Shown in pieces: positions 9,367 through 20,129 of a stretch of 64,000 bases of DNA (its first letter is position 1; each line of letters opens with the position of its first letter). A program made the position numbers and the translations under genes. Source of the stretch: Azolla caroliniana (Eukaryota; Plantae; Polypodiophyta). The stretch spans positions 11,160,001 through 11,224,000 of the forward strand of contig JBHGNT010000012.1 in NCBI GenBank assembly GCA_043228905.1, given 5' to 3'. The notes beneath the pieces were generated by a model. That model was not told the DNA's origin and made no database searches. It was given only the letters and a program-made list of their open reading frames with translations.

Positions 9367-12300
9367 TTACTCTTCCGTTTGAATAAACGGATTTATCGGC
9401 ATATCTCCCAAATACGGTTTAAGCCGAAATCCATTTACCCATTTCGGTAAAACCTCTCCGGTTAATGATCCCAGTTGGTACGTACCATTTTTACTATTAA
9501 TTATCCATACTGGACCTGTCCATCTATACCGGAGTTTCCCAGGCATAAGTCCCATTCTCGTCTGGAATACCAATACCGGTTTCCCAATTTCGAATTGCTC
9601 TTCCGATTTCCTTCGATGTCGATTTACGAATGCCTTGATTTGTCTCTGCTTGTGTTCTAGTGCTGACATTGATTGAATCCGTTCTTCTTCTAATACTAAT
9701 AAAGCCTCTTTGCGTATCTGCTCCGATTCTATTTCATTTAACTTATTCGTTGCTTGGATACGAAGTGTCGGAATTTGAAATTCGATCGGCATAACGGCTT
9801 CGAGTCCGAATGCCATTCGGAAAGGTGTTGATTTAATGGATGTTTTGTACGAAGTACGATATGCCCATAATGCACTATTTAACTTTTGATCCCAATCAGT
9901 ACGATTTTCATTCACTATCTTCTTTAAAATTGTTTGAATTGTTTTATTTGTCGATTCTGCCAATCCATTAGCTTGGGGATAGTAAGGCGTACTTTTCTTA
10001 TGAACTACGGCATAGTAATTGGTTAATTCGTTAATTAACTTGTTAATAAAATGAGTGCCTTGATCGCTTACCAATTCTATTGGGCAACCGAATCGACACC
10101 ATATATTCTCATACAGGAATTTTGCTGTGGATGCTGCTGTATTGTCCCTGAGAGCTTTTACTTCAACCCATTTTGTGCAATAGTCAGTCGCAATTATGAT
10201 ATATCGATTATCGGTTCTTGCAGCTGCTGGTTTGAATGGGCCAACAAAATCTAAGCCCCATTTCTGAAATGGCTCAAGAGGTAAAACCGGTTGAAAAGGC
10301 ATTCGATCCTTTTCGGTTGGTTGCCCCATTCTTTGACACAAATCGCATTTCTTACAGTATTCGTTAGCATCTTTCATCACCGTTGGCCACCATAACCCGT
10401 TATTCCATATTTTTCTGGCTGTTGCTTCTCCTGCGTAATGACCGCCAGCAATTCCACAATGTGACTCTATTAATATGGCTGATTTTTCAAATTTTCGTAC
10501 TACCCTTCGCCATATTCCATCCGCTCCTTTATGATACAACATGTCATTAAATAAACAAAAATTCCGACTTCGTACTGCAATTCTTTTTCTTTCATCTGTC
10601 GACATGTGTTCGGCCGGAATTCCTGTTGATAGAAATATCGTCATTTCGGAAATCCATTCATCCTCTTTTTCCTCATTCACTTCATGTGCTTTTACTGCCT
10701 CAACCCGAAATAATTGAGTATCTGGAAAATCATCTTTAACCCCAACCGCTTCTTCTCCAGACTCAAGCCGACTGAGATAGTCAGCAATCGCGTGCTGTGC
10801 TCCTGGTCGATGTATAATGTCGAATTCAAACTCTTGAAGCAATAACGTCCATCGGGCTAACTTGCATGTCAATTCTTGTTTGGAAACTAGATACAGTAAA
10901 GCCGAATGATCCACATGAAATGTAAATTTCTTACCCAAAAGGTAATGTCGAAATTTGTTCACACTATATATCATTCCCAAAGCTTCTCTTTCGGTTGTTG
11001 AATAGTTTCTTTCGGCCGACGAAAGTTTCCTACTAGCATAGTATACCGGCCTATACCAGTTTGGTTCGGATAATTGCATTAAAGCACTGCCTATGGCAAT
11101 GTCCGACGCATCGACGAAAACATGAAATGGTTTGTTCCAGTCCGGTGGTTGAACTACCAGAACCTTCGTCAGCATCTTCTTGAGACATTCGTACGCATCT
11201 TGTTCTATACTTGTCCATATAAAAGGAACTTTGTGTACTGCTGTGTGTAACGGAATAGCAATGTCTGCTAGATATCTCATCATTCTATTGTGCCACCGAA
11301 TTTGACCCAAAAATCTACTTAGAGCTTTAGCATTTGTTGGTGGTGTTGCCTCAATAATTGCTTTAACTTTGACTGGGTCCACTGCAATCCCTTCTTGACT
11401 GACAATATGCCCAAGTAATGTACCACTCATTACTCCGAATGCGCATTTGGCTGGATTTAAACTAAGACGCCCTTTTCGACATTTTTCTAAACATAGCCGT
11501 AAATGCTCAAAATGATCAGCTTTCCGACTATATACTGCAAAATCATCTAAAAACACCTGCATGAAAGCTGGAATATATTCCCCGAATATTTCCTGTATTA
11601 CCCGCTGAAATGTAGCTGGAGCTGTTTTTAAACCGAACATCATGACTACTGCCACAAAGACACCCCATTCTGTGACGAAAGCTGTCTTTTCCTGATCTTC
11701 GGGATTCATCCGTACTTGGTTGTACCCACTGAACCCATCCAAGAAACTATAAATTTCATGTCCCGCTACTGCATCTAATATCCCATCTGTGAATGGCAAT
11801 GGAAACGCATCCGTAATTGTCGCTGCATTCAATTTTTTGTAATCCACACATACGCGAATTTTCCCATTCTTTTTCGGGACTACTACTATCAGACTTAGCC
11901 ATGTTGATTTTTTGACGGGTCGAATAAATCCTACTTTTAAGAGTTTATCGATTTCTTCTTTTACTTTGATAGCATAATTCGGATTCAACCTGTACCTGCG
12001 TTGTTGTACTGGCTTTGCATCTTTATGCAAATTGATTTGATGTTGACAAAAAGCGGGATCCAGACCTTTCATATCGTCAAACGACCATGCAAAAACATCT
12101 TTATATTGTAATAGTAATGTTGTTAATGTCCGTTTGTCATTTACCGTCAAATCTCTAGCAATCAAGACTGTTTTTCTTTCAGCATCCTCCACTCCTGCCA
12201 AATCGATCTCCTCCAATGCTGAGGCTTGCACTCGCTGAGATACCTTCATTTCCTTATCTGTAGCTTCTTGTTGCATTCGTATTTCTTTCATTGTTTGCTC

Positions 12301-14169
12301 ATCGATTGGCACTTCTTCGTGTGAGTCTACATATGGTGTTAATGCTTGCAAAATATCTACCTCAAATAGAGGGATGATTTTTTGATTATCATCAAAATAC
12401 TGACTTTCTTCTTCCTCGTCCAATCCTTCCATCATATTAACTGCTTCTGCATGTACAGGTAAACTCTGTTTGCTTGTTGTCACTTTGTTGTGCGTCGGAA
12501 TCCTGACCTTATTTTTTCCCTTCCTAAATGTTAGCACATTTTGTTTCCAATTTTGTTTAATATTAGCTGTCTTTAACCATGGTCTCCCTAATAACAAGGG
12601 GTATGCTCCCTGTGTTTCTAACTGCAAAATTACTGCCGAAATCTGAAAACTGTGTCCCCCGATTATTACATCCAGTTGTCGAAGCAAACCAATCGGTCGT
12701 ACCGTACTTGTATCTGCCATTCGTAACCAAAACGGACATGCTTCCCATTCCGTGATTCCCAGTTTTTCACATGTAGTTTTGTTAATCACATTAACACCCG
12801 AGCCTCCATCTATAATTACATTTCCGATTTCTTGCCCGTAAAGTATTACCTTAATCGACGGATTCTGTTCATCCATGATCGAAGGGTTATTACTTGGCTG
12901 ATTGTAGTGTACTGCTATTTGTTCGGAACCTTTATATGCAATTAATGCTGCCACTTTTTCTGTAAACCTTGGTACTAACTTAAGTAAGCCCGTAAGTGGC
13001 AATGACACTTGGCAATCAGCCAACAGTTTCCAAGTTTCTTCCTGTTCCTTATTCCCCAATGACTGTTGTACAACGATGTCCTGGTCAATGTTATTGTCTT
13101 GTAACATTCGATTCACATTACTTTGATTTGCTTCATCCACCCATTCTTTTGCCGCCTTCCGAACTTCTTCCTGAATTTCCCACTCTGATTGTTTGCTTTT
13201 GCTGCGTGTCGTTACTTGCTGAACTTCCGGTATTACCATATTAACTGCTGGACCCTTTCCTTTAACCGGACATTGATTAGCATAATGGCCTAGTTGTCGA
13301 CAAATGTAACAAGTGGGCACAAATGTTGCACTGGTCTCTCCATGTGCAAATTGCCCGTTATTAAATTGCTGCTCTTCATTACCATTCGGGTTTTGTTGGT
13401 ATTGACGTGTAGCTTTTGGTTTGTAAAATCTCTTGTTTTTATACCGATTCTGCCTAAATTGTTCAGTATTATCATTTGGTTGTGCTATATTGTGTGGTGT
13501 CCCGAACTCCTGATTTGGCGGAAAATTACTCTGTTGAAACATTTGATTATTTTGTGGAACGGTTTGAGTATTATGTTGAAAAGTCATATTACCCGGTTGA
13601 AATGCTGGATTTGGTTGAAATGTAGAATTCGGTTGCACATTCGGACAGTTCTGTTGAAACCCTTGAAATGGTGGGTTACCTTGTTGGAAACTTTGATTAT
13701 TTTGTTGAAAATATTGATTCGGATTCTGTACGAATGGTGGGTTGGATTGAGCAAAACCTGGTTGAAATGCTTGAGTCACTTGAGTGGGTTGCATATTTTG
13801 TTGTGAAAAGATCTGATTTGGCTGTAGAACCGGATTCTGTTGTACATTTTGCTGATTTTGTGAAAAATTATTATTTTGATAACCATTGAACAGATTAGTG
13901 TTATTTTGGTAACCATTGTCAGCAAAAATTTGTCGTACTGACGCCGTAGTCTTATTAAGCAGATTATATTCACATTGTTCTACGGAATGTAATTTTGAAT
14001 GACATATTGTACAATGTGTTCTTAACGTACAATCAATTGCTGAATGCCCCGTATTTAAACAAGTGGTGCATTGAACTGCTTGTCGAAATTGTAACTCCTC
14101 CATTGTTGGTAATGTACGGTGTAATGCCGACATGTCCATACTCTGAACATTGACCGGTGGTCGACCCAT
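9367..14169 (-). CDS. Gag C-terminus and Pol polyprotein (zinc knuckles, Q/N-rich region, PR, RT, RNase H, IN)
   Basis: CYICRQLGHYANQC; IIDGGSGVN; FLDGFSGYNQ; VFLDDF; VDASD; HC..AGGH..C..CD.C; WGLDFVGP; PQANGLAE. Confidence 0.95.
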   Translation of the reverse strand: MGRPPVNVQSMDMSALHRTLPTMEELQFRQAVQCTTCLNTGHSAIDCTLRTHCTICHSKLHSVEQCEYNLLNKTTASVRQIFADNGYQNNTNLFNGYQNNNFSQNQQNVQQNPVLQPNQIFSQQNMQPTQVTQAFQPGFAQSNPPFVQNPNQYFQQNNQSFQQGNPPFQGFQQNCPNVQPNSTFQPNPAFQPGNMTFQHNTQTVPQNNQMFQQSNFPPNQEFGTPHNIAQPNDNTEQFRQNRYKNKRFYKPKATRQYQQNPNGNEEQQFNNGQFAHGETSATFVPTCYICRQLGHYANQCPVKGKGPAVNMVIPEVQQVTTRSKSKQSEWEIQEEVRKAAKEWVDEANQSNVNRMLQDNNIDQDIVVQQSLGNKEQEETWKLLADCQVSLPLTGLLKLVPRFTEKVAALIAYKGSEQIAVHYNQPSNNPSIMDEQNPSIKVILYGQEIGNVIIDGGSGVNVINKTTCEKLGITEWEACPFWLRMADTSTVRPIGLLRQLDVIIGGHSFQISAVILQLETQGAYPLLLGRPWLKTANIKQNWKQNVLTFRKGKNKVRIPTHNKVTTSKQSLPVHAEAVNMMEGLDEEEESQYFDDNQKIIPLFEVDILQALTPYVDSHEEVPIDEQTMKEIRMQQEATDKEMKVSQRVQASALEEIDLAGVEDAERKTVLIARDLTVNDKRTLTTLLLQYKDVFAWSFDDMKGLDPAFCQHQINLHKDAKPVQQRRYRLNPNYAIKVKEEIDKLLKVGFIRPVKKSTWLSLIVVVPKKNGKIRVCVDYKKLNAATITDAFPLPFTDGILDAVAGHEIYSFLDGFSGYNQVRMNPEDQEKTAFVTEWGVFVAVVMMFGLKTAPATFQRVIQEIFGEYIPAFMQVFLDDFAVYSRKADHFEHLRLCLEKCRKGRLSLNPAKCAFGVMSGTLLGHIVSQEGIAVDPVKVKAIIEATPPTNAKALSRFLGQIRWHNRMMRYLADIAIPLHTAVHKVPFIWTSIEQDAYECLKKMLTKVLVVQPPDWNKPFHVFVDASDIAIGSALMQLSEPNWYRPVYYASRKLSSAERNYSTTEREALGMIYSVNKFRHYLLGKKFTFHVDHSALLYLVSKQELTCKLARWTLLLQEFEFDIIHRPGAQHAIADYLSRLESGEEAVGVKDDFPDTQLFRVEAVKAHEVNEEKEDEWISEMTIFLSTGIPAEHMSTDERKRIAVRSRNFCLFNDMLYHKGADGIWRRVVRKFEKSAILIESHCGIAGGHYAGEATARKIWNNGLWWPTVMKDANEYCKKCDLCQRMGQPTEKDRMPFQPVLPLEPFQKWGLDFVGPFKPAAARTDNRYIIIATDYCTKWVEVKALRDNTAASTAKFLYENIWCRFGCPIELVSDQGTHFINKLINELTNYYAVVHKKSTPYYPQANGLAESTNKTIQTILKKIVNENRTDWDQKLNSALWAYRTSYKTSIKSTPFRMAFGLEAVMPIEFQIPTLRIQATNKLNEIESEQIRKEALLVLEEERIQSMSALEHKQRQIKAFVNRHRRKSEEQFEIGKPVLVFQTRMGLMPGKLRYRWTGPVWIINSKNGTYQLGSLTGEVLPKWVNGFRLKPYLGDMPINPFIQTEE

Positions 14170-14208
14170 TTCTATTGCTTTATCAATGACTTGTTCGATA
14201 GTCTGATT

Positions 14209-14859
14209 TCAAAAATCGAACACTTTCAATGTCGTCCTTAATGGTTCTTTTACAGCTTCTAGAAAGACTTCTTTTAATTCCTTATCCGGAATCGGCCTTG
14301 AAATCTGAAGCTGTAAGTTCTGAAATCGTATCACAAACTGAGATACTGTTTCATTTTTTTCTTGATATAACGCATAAAATTGCGCAATCAAATCCTTCTG
14401 CGGAATTTGTTGATGAAATAATTGTAAAAATTTACTAGTTAATACTTCAAAGGATGGAAATCCTTGAAGACCGTTCTGCGCAAACCAATTAGCGGAATAT
14501 CCGTCTAATGATAAGACGAACTCAGCGATTTTTGACTTATCTTCGGCATCTGCCGACAATCGCTGAGCTCCATGGTTAATCTCCCATGTCGTTAAGAAAT
14601 CCCTAACATGTGCTTCCGCATCTGTTCCTTCCCGGAACTTAGAATAAGTATAAGGCATATCGTCCCAAATGTCGTAAAACGATACCTCTTCCGTCTGTTT
14701 TTCGTCTGAAGGTAATTGATCGGATAAGTCAGGAAGTTTCGACCACTTTGTGCTTGATTCCGGCTGTTCTTGCGCAATGAACGCTTGCTGCACTACCTTC
14801 GTAACTGACCTTGTACGAGGCCGCTTACAACTGACCGGTGCCTCCTCTTCATACGACAT
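14209..14859 (-). CDS. Gag N-terminus of B1, separated from the rest by one in-frame TGA
   Basis: Retrotransposon capsid-like sequence (LDGYSANWF...LYQEKNETVSQF); same frame as 9367-14169. Confidence 0.85.
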   Translation of the reverse strand: MSYEEEAPVSCKRPRTRSVTKVVQQAFIAQEQPESSTKWSKLPDLSDQLPSDEKQTEEVSFYDIWDDMPYTYSKFREGTDAEAHVRDFLTTWEINHGAQRLSADAEDKSKIAEFVLSLDGYSANWFAQNGLQGFPSFEVLTSKFLQLFHQQIPQKDLIAQFYALYQEKNETVSQFVIRFQNLQLQISRPIPDKELKEVFLEAVKEPLRTTLKVFDF

Positions 14860-14894
14860 CCATTCGAATTGTTCTCTGCTTAATTGCAGATGTA

Positions 14895-14907
14895 ACCGGG
14901 CGTGCCA
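14895..14907 (-). other. Sense PBS (tRNA-Arg type) of B1
   Basis: Minus strand TGGCACGCCCGGT, 11 nt from the 5' LTR end. Confidence 0.8.
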
Positions 14908-14918
14908 AAATTCTTCTG

Positions 14919-15375
14919 TGTTAATCGGCTAATTACTAACTACTACCGATACAGAAGAGTGAACGTCGCTACTCAACGTTCTAACAAGGAATTGTGTTTT
15001 ACGAACGGAATTATACTATATTAATCGGTAATTACCGTGATCGTTATTTAGTTATAAATTAGGAAGCTTGCACTTAAGATCATAGACAATAGAAGGAACA
15101 CAGAATTCGTACAAGATATTCCTAACTTAAACTTATATTACTAAATAGAACGACCTTTCTTACAATGCCTTCGGTTCCCTTTTATAGGTATACCGAAGGT
15201 CTTTTCTCATCAAGAACTATTCCTACTTACTATCAAGATTTACAAAATTATCTAACTAACTTAGTTCTCTTCGTTTACTGCTGAGTCATTGATCCGAACA
15301 GTCGATCCGAACCGACTCTGTTTTCGACGCTTTCCCACTTGTTCGGTAAAACTGACTGTCCGGGTCTGGGTAACA
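14919..15375 (-). repeat. 5' LTR of B1
   Basis: Repeat of 5999-6455. Confidence 0.96.
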
Positions 15376-15380
15376 GCTTC

Positions 15381-18300
15381 GATAGGAGTTGAACAACCTA
15401 CGACAACGCGACTTGTCGGTGGCGGACTATACCTCGAAGATCAAGGATATCTGCGACTCCCTCGCCTCCATAGAGGTGAACATCGAGGAGAGCGAGGGAG
15501 ATAGGCCCCGTGGACATGGAGAACGAGGCGAGTCGGTGCGCAATGGAGGCGGCCGACGAGATCAAGGAAGAAGGCGCCGAAGTGATGTCGACAGCAACTC
15601 CAGAAACAGGGGGAGTCGAAGCGATGAGAACCGGCAAGGGAAGGCCATCACGGAATGCTGGTACTGTGGCAAGAAAGGCCACAGGGAAAGTGAGTGCTGG
15701 AAGAAGCGCGCCGATTCTGAGAGAACCGGTTCTGGAAACGGCTCCGGACATACCGACAAGGGAAATCAGCAGCGATCGCACTATGCTGAAGACTCTGGGA
15801 GAGCCGGAGAAGGGTCTGTCTTCGTGATGAGACATGAAGCAAACTCAATGAAACGGACCACCCCGAGATCGAACGAGGTGTGGTACGTAGAGTCCGGCGC
15901 GTCAAACCACATGACGAGTCATAAGGAGTGGTTCTCGTACCTTGAAAAACCGATACAACCTGGAGTAGTCGCAACTAGAGACGACACTCCGCATCCGATC
16001 GCGAATGTCGGAGAAGTTCCCCTTAGCCATGTCGGGCAGAAAGGGAAACTCATGAACGTGTTGCATGTTCCGACAATCACGAAGAACTTGGTCTCGGTTG
16101 GACAGATCGTTGACCAAGGGATGGAGGTTCGGTTTACACACCTCGGGTGCTTCATTGAGGAAGAAGGCCGTGTGATTGCGCAAGGGCGCAAAGACGGGAG
16201 ATGTTCATCCTCGATTCCACTGACGGCGGCACCACAATGTTCGCGAAGGGACAAAAATCTGAGTCGGACATCGACTTGTGGCACAAGCGGATAGGCCACG
16301 CCAACTTCCAGCGGCTTCAAGATCTGCAATCGAAACAGGTAGTGCTCGGATTGGCCAAATTTAGTGGCCGAAAGGCACAAATTTGTGAAGCCTGCCAGCT
16401 CGGGAAGCAACATCGACTTCCTTTCCCCAACGAGCAAAACTGGAGCCGGAACAAACTCGACCTTATACACTCCGATGTATGGTGGCCGGCACAAAAAATT
16501 AGTCTTGGCGGGAGCCGATATTTCGTCTCCTTCATCGACGACCACACACGGCACACGTGGATCTACCTCATTGAGAGGAAGAGCAAAGTCTTCGACTGCT
16601 TCCGGGACCTCAAAGGGTTCGTGGAAACGGAAACGGGACGAAAGATCAAGTGCTTGCGGTCGGATGGCGGGAAAGAGTACTTTTCTGGTCAATTCAATGG
16701 TTATCTACAACAAATGGGAATTCGGCGCGAATTCAGTTGTAGATACACGCCGGAGCAGAACGGCGTGGCCGAGAGGAAGAATCGGTCGATTGTGGAAGCG
16801 GCACGGGCAATGCTGGAGGAGAAGAGCTTGCCCAAGTTCTACTGGGCCGAGGCGGTAAGGACCGCGGTATACATCCAGAACCGGATCGGAGACAAAGTGT
16901 CGGTGCACGAGCTATATTTCAGAATGAAGCCGAACTTGCGACACTTGAGGGTGTTCGGTAGCATTGCGTATGTGCATGTACCGAAGGAGAAAAGGAGGAA
17001 GCTGGACGCGAAGGCCGAGAAATGCATCTTGGTCGGTTACTCAGACGAGCAGAAGGGTTATACGTGCTATAACCCTCGCACCAAACAAGCGTGTGTTAGC
17101 CGCGACGTTGTGGTTGACGAGTCCGCGTCCTGGTACCAGCCCTCGACTCTGAACCCCGACTCCAATCCGAGCTCTGACGATGAGGTCAGCGAGGCCGAGA
17201 TGCCTCTGGATGAGCCCGAAATCGAGACCCGCGAAGAGAGTCTGATTTCACTCCGTTTAAGTGGACCGAGTGGACCAATTGGACGACTGAGTCGGTACGA
17301 TCAGTCCGATGAAGAGCCGGCGAGTAGTGGAGACTCGACCGTGCATTCCCCGCGCAGGAAGCCGAGGAGACGGCTTACGCGCAAAGAGAAAGGGAAGAAG
17401 AAGGTGTCGGATTCCGGCACAGATAGGAACGAGTCAGACCAACGCGAGTCTAACTCTGAGGGAACCGGTGACAGGTCTTTATAGGTAACGTCCGCGTCGA
17501 CCGAGAAGCCCTCGACATCGGCTAATGCTAGATTACGCCGATCTACCCGCCAGAAGAACCCTATTTTGCTGTTCGGATACAACGAGTACATGGCGCATCA
17601 TTATGCGTACATGACCCATATAGCGGAAGTGCGTGAGCTGGAGAGCTACGCAGAAGTGGCTAAAGACGCGAATTGGCGTGCCGCGATGGAGGAAGAGATG
17701 CACGCATTGGCGGAGAACGAGACCTGGAACCTGGTTGACGCACCAATAGGGGTAAAACCGATCGGGTGTAGGTGGGTGTACAAAGTCAAGTACAACACCG
17801 ATGGCTCGGTCAACCGGTACAAGGCTCGGCTAGTGGCAAAGGGCTACGTGCAGAAACACGACATCGACTACGATGAGACCTTTGCGTCGGTCGCGAAAAT
17901 GACGACCGTCCGTGTTTTGCTCGTAGTAGCTGCGGCGAAGGGGTGGCACCTACATCAAATGGATGTAAAGAATGCGTTCCAGCAAGGTGACCTTGAGGAA
18001 CAGGTGTACATGGTACAGGCCCCCAGATTTCACTCCGGAACGAACTCCTCGGCAGTATGCCGACTGAAGAATTCCCTTTACGGACTGAAGCAAGCCCTGG
18101 GTGCCTGGAACGCGAAGATCACGCAACAACTGCGTCAGATGGGCTTCGTCACATCAAAATCGGACTCTTCCCTGTTCATCTGGAAAGGTCGACTCGGACC
18201 GGTTAGTATTTTACTATATGTTGATGACTTGGTCATCACCGGCGCCGACCTCGGTGAAATCGACCGCGTGAAGCTCCAGCTTGCGGCATCGTTCGACATG

Positions 18301-19614
18301 AAGGATCTGGGGGACCTTCATTACTTCCTCGGGATCGAAGTGATCCATACCCCCGAAGGCATATTGATCAGCCAACGTCATTACGTGCTGGGTATGCTCT
18401 TCAAACTCGGGATGGACGACTATAAGTCCGTCTCAACTCCTCTGGACAGAACCGTCAAGCTTTGTCCCGATACAGGAAAGGTATGCGTCCCGACGAGGTT
18501 CCGACAAATTGCCGGAAGCCTCATATACTTGACCATCACCCGACCCGACCTCAGTTATCCGGTCGTAGTGATCAGTCAGTTCATGGTGCGACCTACCGAG
18601 GAGCACCTTCAGTGTGCGCAACGCATACTTCGGTATGTCAACGGCACTAAGGACCGGGGACTGCTATATCGGACCGGTGCAGCCGTGCAATTAGTCGGCT
18701 ACACCGATGCTGATTGGGCTGGCAACACCGCCGATCGCCGATCCACGTCTGGATACGCGTTCTCCCTTGGGAGTGCCGCGATCGCGTGGAGCAGTAAGAA
18801 GCAGCCGACATATGCACTGTCGAGCACCGAAGCTGAGTACCGAGGAGCGGCTGTCGCGACATGCGGAGCCATATGGTTGAAGCGGCTACTTAAGGACTTG
18901 CAAGAGGAGGTGTCCGATCCAACGACGATCTACTGCGACAACCTCAGTAGCATCCAACTCGTGAAGAACCCCGTCTTCCACGCACGAACTAAGCACATTG
19001 AGGTGCACTACCATTTCATCCGTGAGCGTGTCCTTTCCGGTGAAGTCGAACTTCAGTATGTTCCGACGGATCGGTAGACTGCCGACATCTTCACCAAGCC
19101 TCTTGGTCTGGACAAGTTGCGGCAATTCTCAGGTGCGCTCGGATTGCGTCACCTCGACGTGCCAAACTTGAGGGGGAGAACAGTCCCGAACGACCAAGCA
19201 AGGCAGCAGGAAAGGAGTGGAGACCGCGACACTACCGAGTCGGTTGACTCGGTTGACGAGTTCGACTTCGGATCGACTGAAGAAGCCGAGGGCGGACCCG
19301 TGGAAAAGTTTGGAAGAGGACAGAAGGGGAGCAACCGAAGGAGAGAGCCGAAGCCAACCACACATGGGGAAGATGACACCACCGAGGGCGAGAAGACCGA
19401 AGACGAGTTGGAGACAGCCAACTTGGACGAGAGCGAAAACCGATCGGAGGTAGCCGAGTCGATTCGGATGTTTGATTCAGATACGCTGAATCAACCGAGG
19501 CCCAAGCGGAAGAAAAGGCAGCAAAAGAAGCGTAAACACCGCAACAACAGAAGAGCTGATGAGGGCCACATGAGGAGACAAGCCGACCGGAAGGGTCGAA
19601 GCGCGCGGAGTTGA
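15381..19614 (+). pseudogene. Copia B gag-pol remainder (zinc knuckle, PR, IN, RT, RNase H, C-terminal extension)
   Basis: CWYCGKKGHRESEC; WYVESGASNHM; RSDGGKEY; QMDVKNAF; LYVDDL; HARTKHIE. Frameshift near 16200; in-frame TAGs at 17482 and 19075. Confidence 0.92.
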
Positions 19615-19710
19615 ACAGGTCGTGGAGCGCGAGCGAGGCGTGAAGCCAGGAGGAACCGGAGCTGTGAGCCCGAAGATCCCGAAGAGCCTCAAGTTGAGCT
19701 TGAGGGGGAG

Positions 19711-20129
19711 TGTTGAGAGACAAGCTCAACATCAGCCGGATCGGTTGGGACCGATCGGTTAGGCCGAATGCGTAAACCGGTACGCAGACCGGTGCGTAGG
19801 TAGGGCCGGATCGGTGCGTAAACCGGGAGGCCGTTAGGAAAGATATTCTGTGAGGAATATATTTGGGAGTTAGTGTAGGAGCTCTTAGTGAGCATTGAAG
19901 TACTGTCATTACTTCGGTCAGTCCTTCTAGGACTTGTATAAAAGTGTTCATTGAACACACATATGTATAGAGAATGGTGAATAAAGTTTTTTGAATATAG
20001 TTCTTGTTTTCTCTCTATCACTCTCTCTGTCTCTCCCGCGTATACTGCGTAAGCTCAAGCTCTCCATTAAACCTGAGTTTTCTTCCTCTGTTCGGTCTTC
20101 ATACTTGCTTCCGCACGTTACTCTTTACA
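19711..20129 (+). repeat. 3' LTR of copia B
   Basis: Repeat of 5169-5612. Confidence 0.95.

Larger units (their letters stand above)
5999..15375 (-). mobile_element. Young Phygy-like Ty3/gypsy B1 with a 3' extra ORF
   Basis: 457-bp LTRs 5999-6455 and 14919-15375 (one difference seen by eye); TSD GCTTC at 5994-5998 and 15376-15380; order gag-PR-RT-RH-IN; no chromodomain; minus-strand TATA CTATAAAAGGG. Confidence 0.95.
5169..20129 (+). mobile_element. Ty1/copia element B (tentatively Bryco-like), interrupted by gypsy B1
   Basis: LTRs 5169-5612 and 19711-20129 (TG..CA; 25-bp indel); TSD ACTTG at 5164-5168 and 20130-20134; PBS TGGTATCAGAGC; PPT GAGGGGGAG 19702-19710. The lineage label is from memory only. 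Confidence 0.93.

Noticed and set aside
14209-14211. Programmed stop-codon readthrough in B1 gag
   Set aside because: It falls mid-Gag, lacks a CARYYA-type context, and is most simply CGA>TGA. Sibling copies would be needed to exclude it fully.
19075-19077. Readthrough stop giving access to an env-like ORF
   Set aside because: It sits inside the conserved RNase H motif (Q.ADIFTK), so it is a CAG>TAG mutation.
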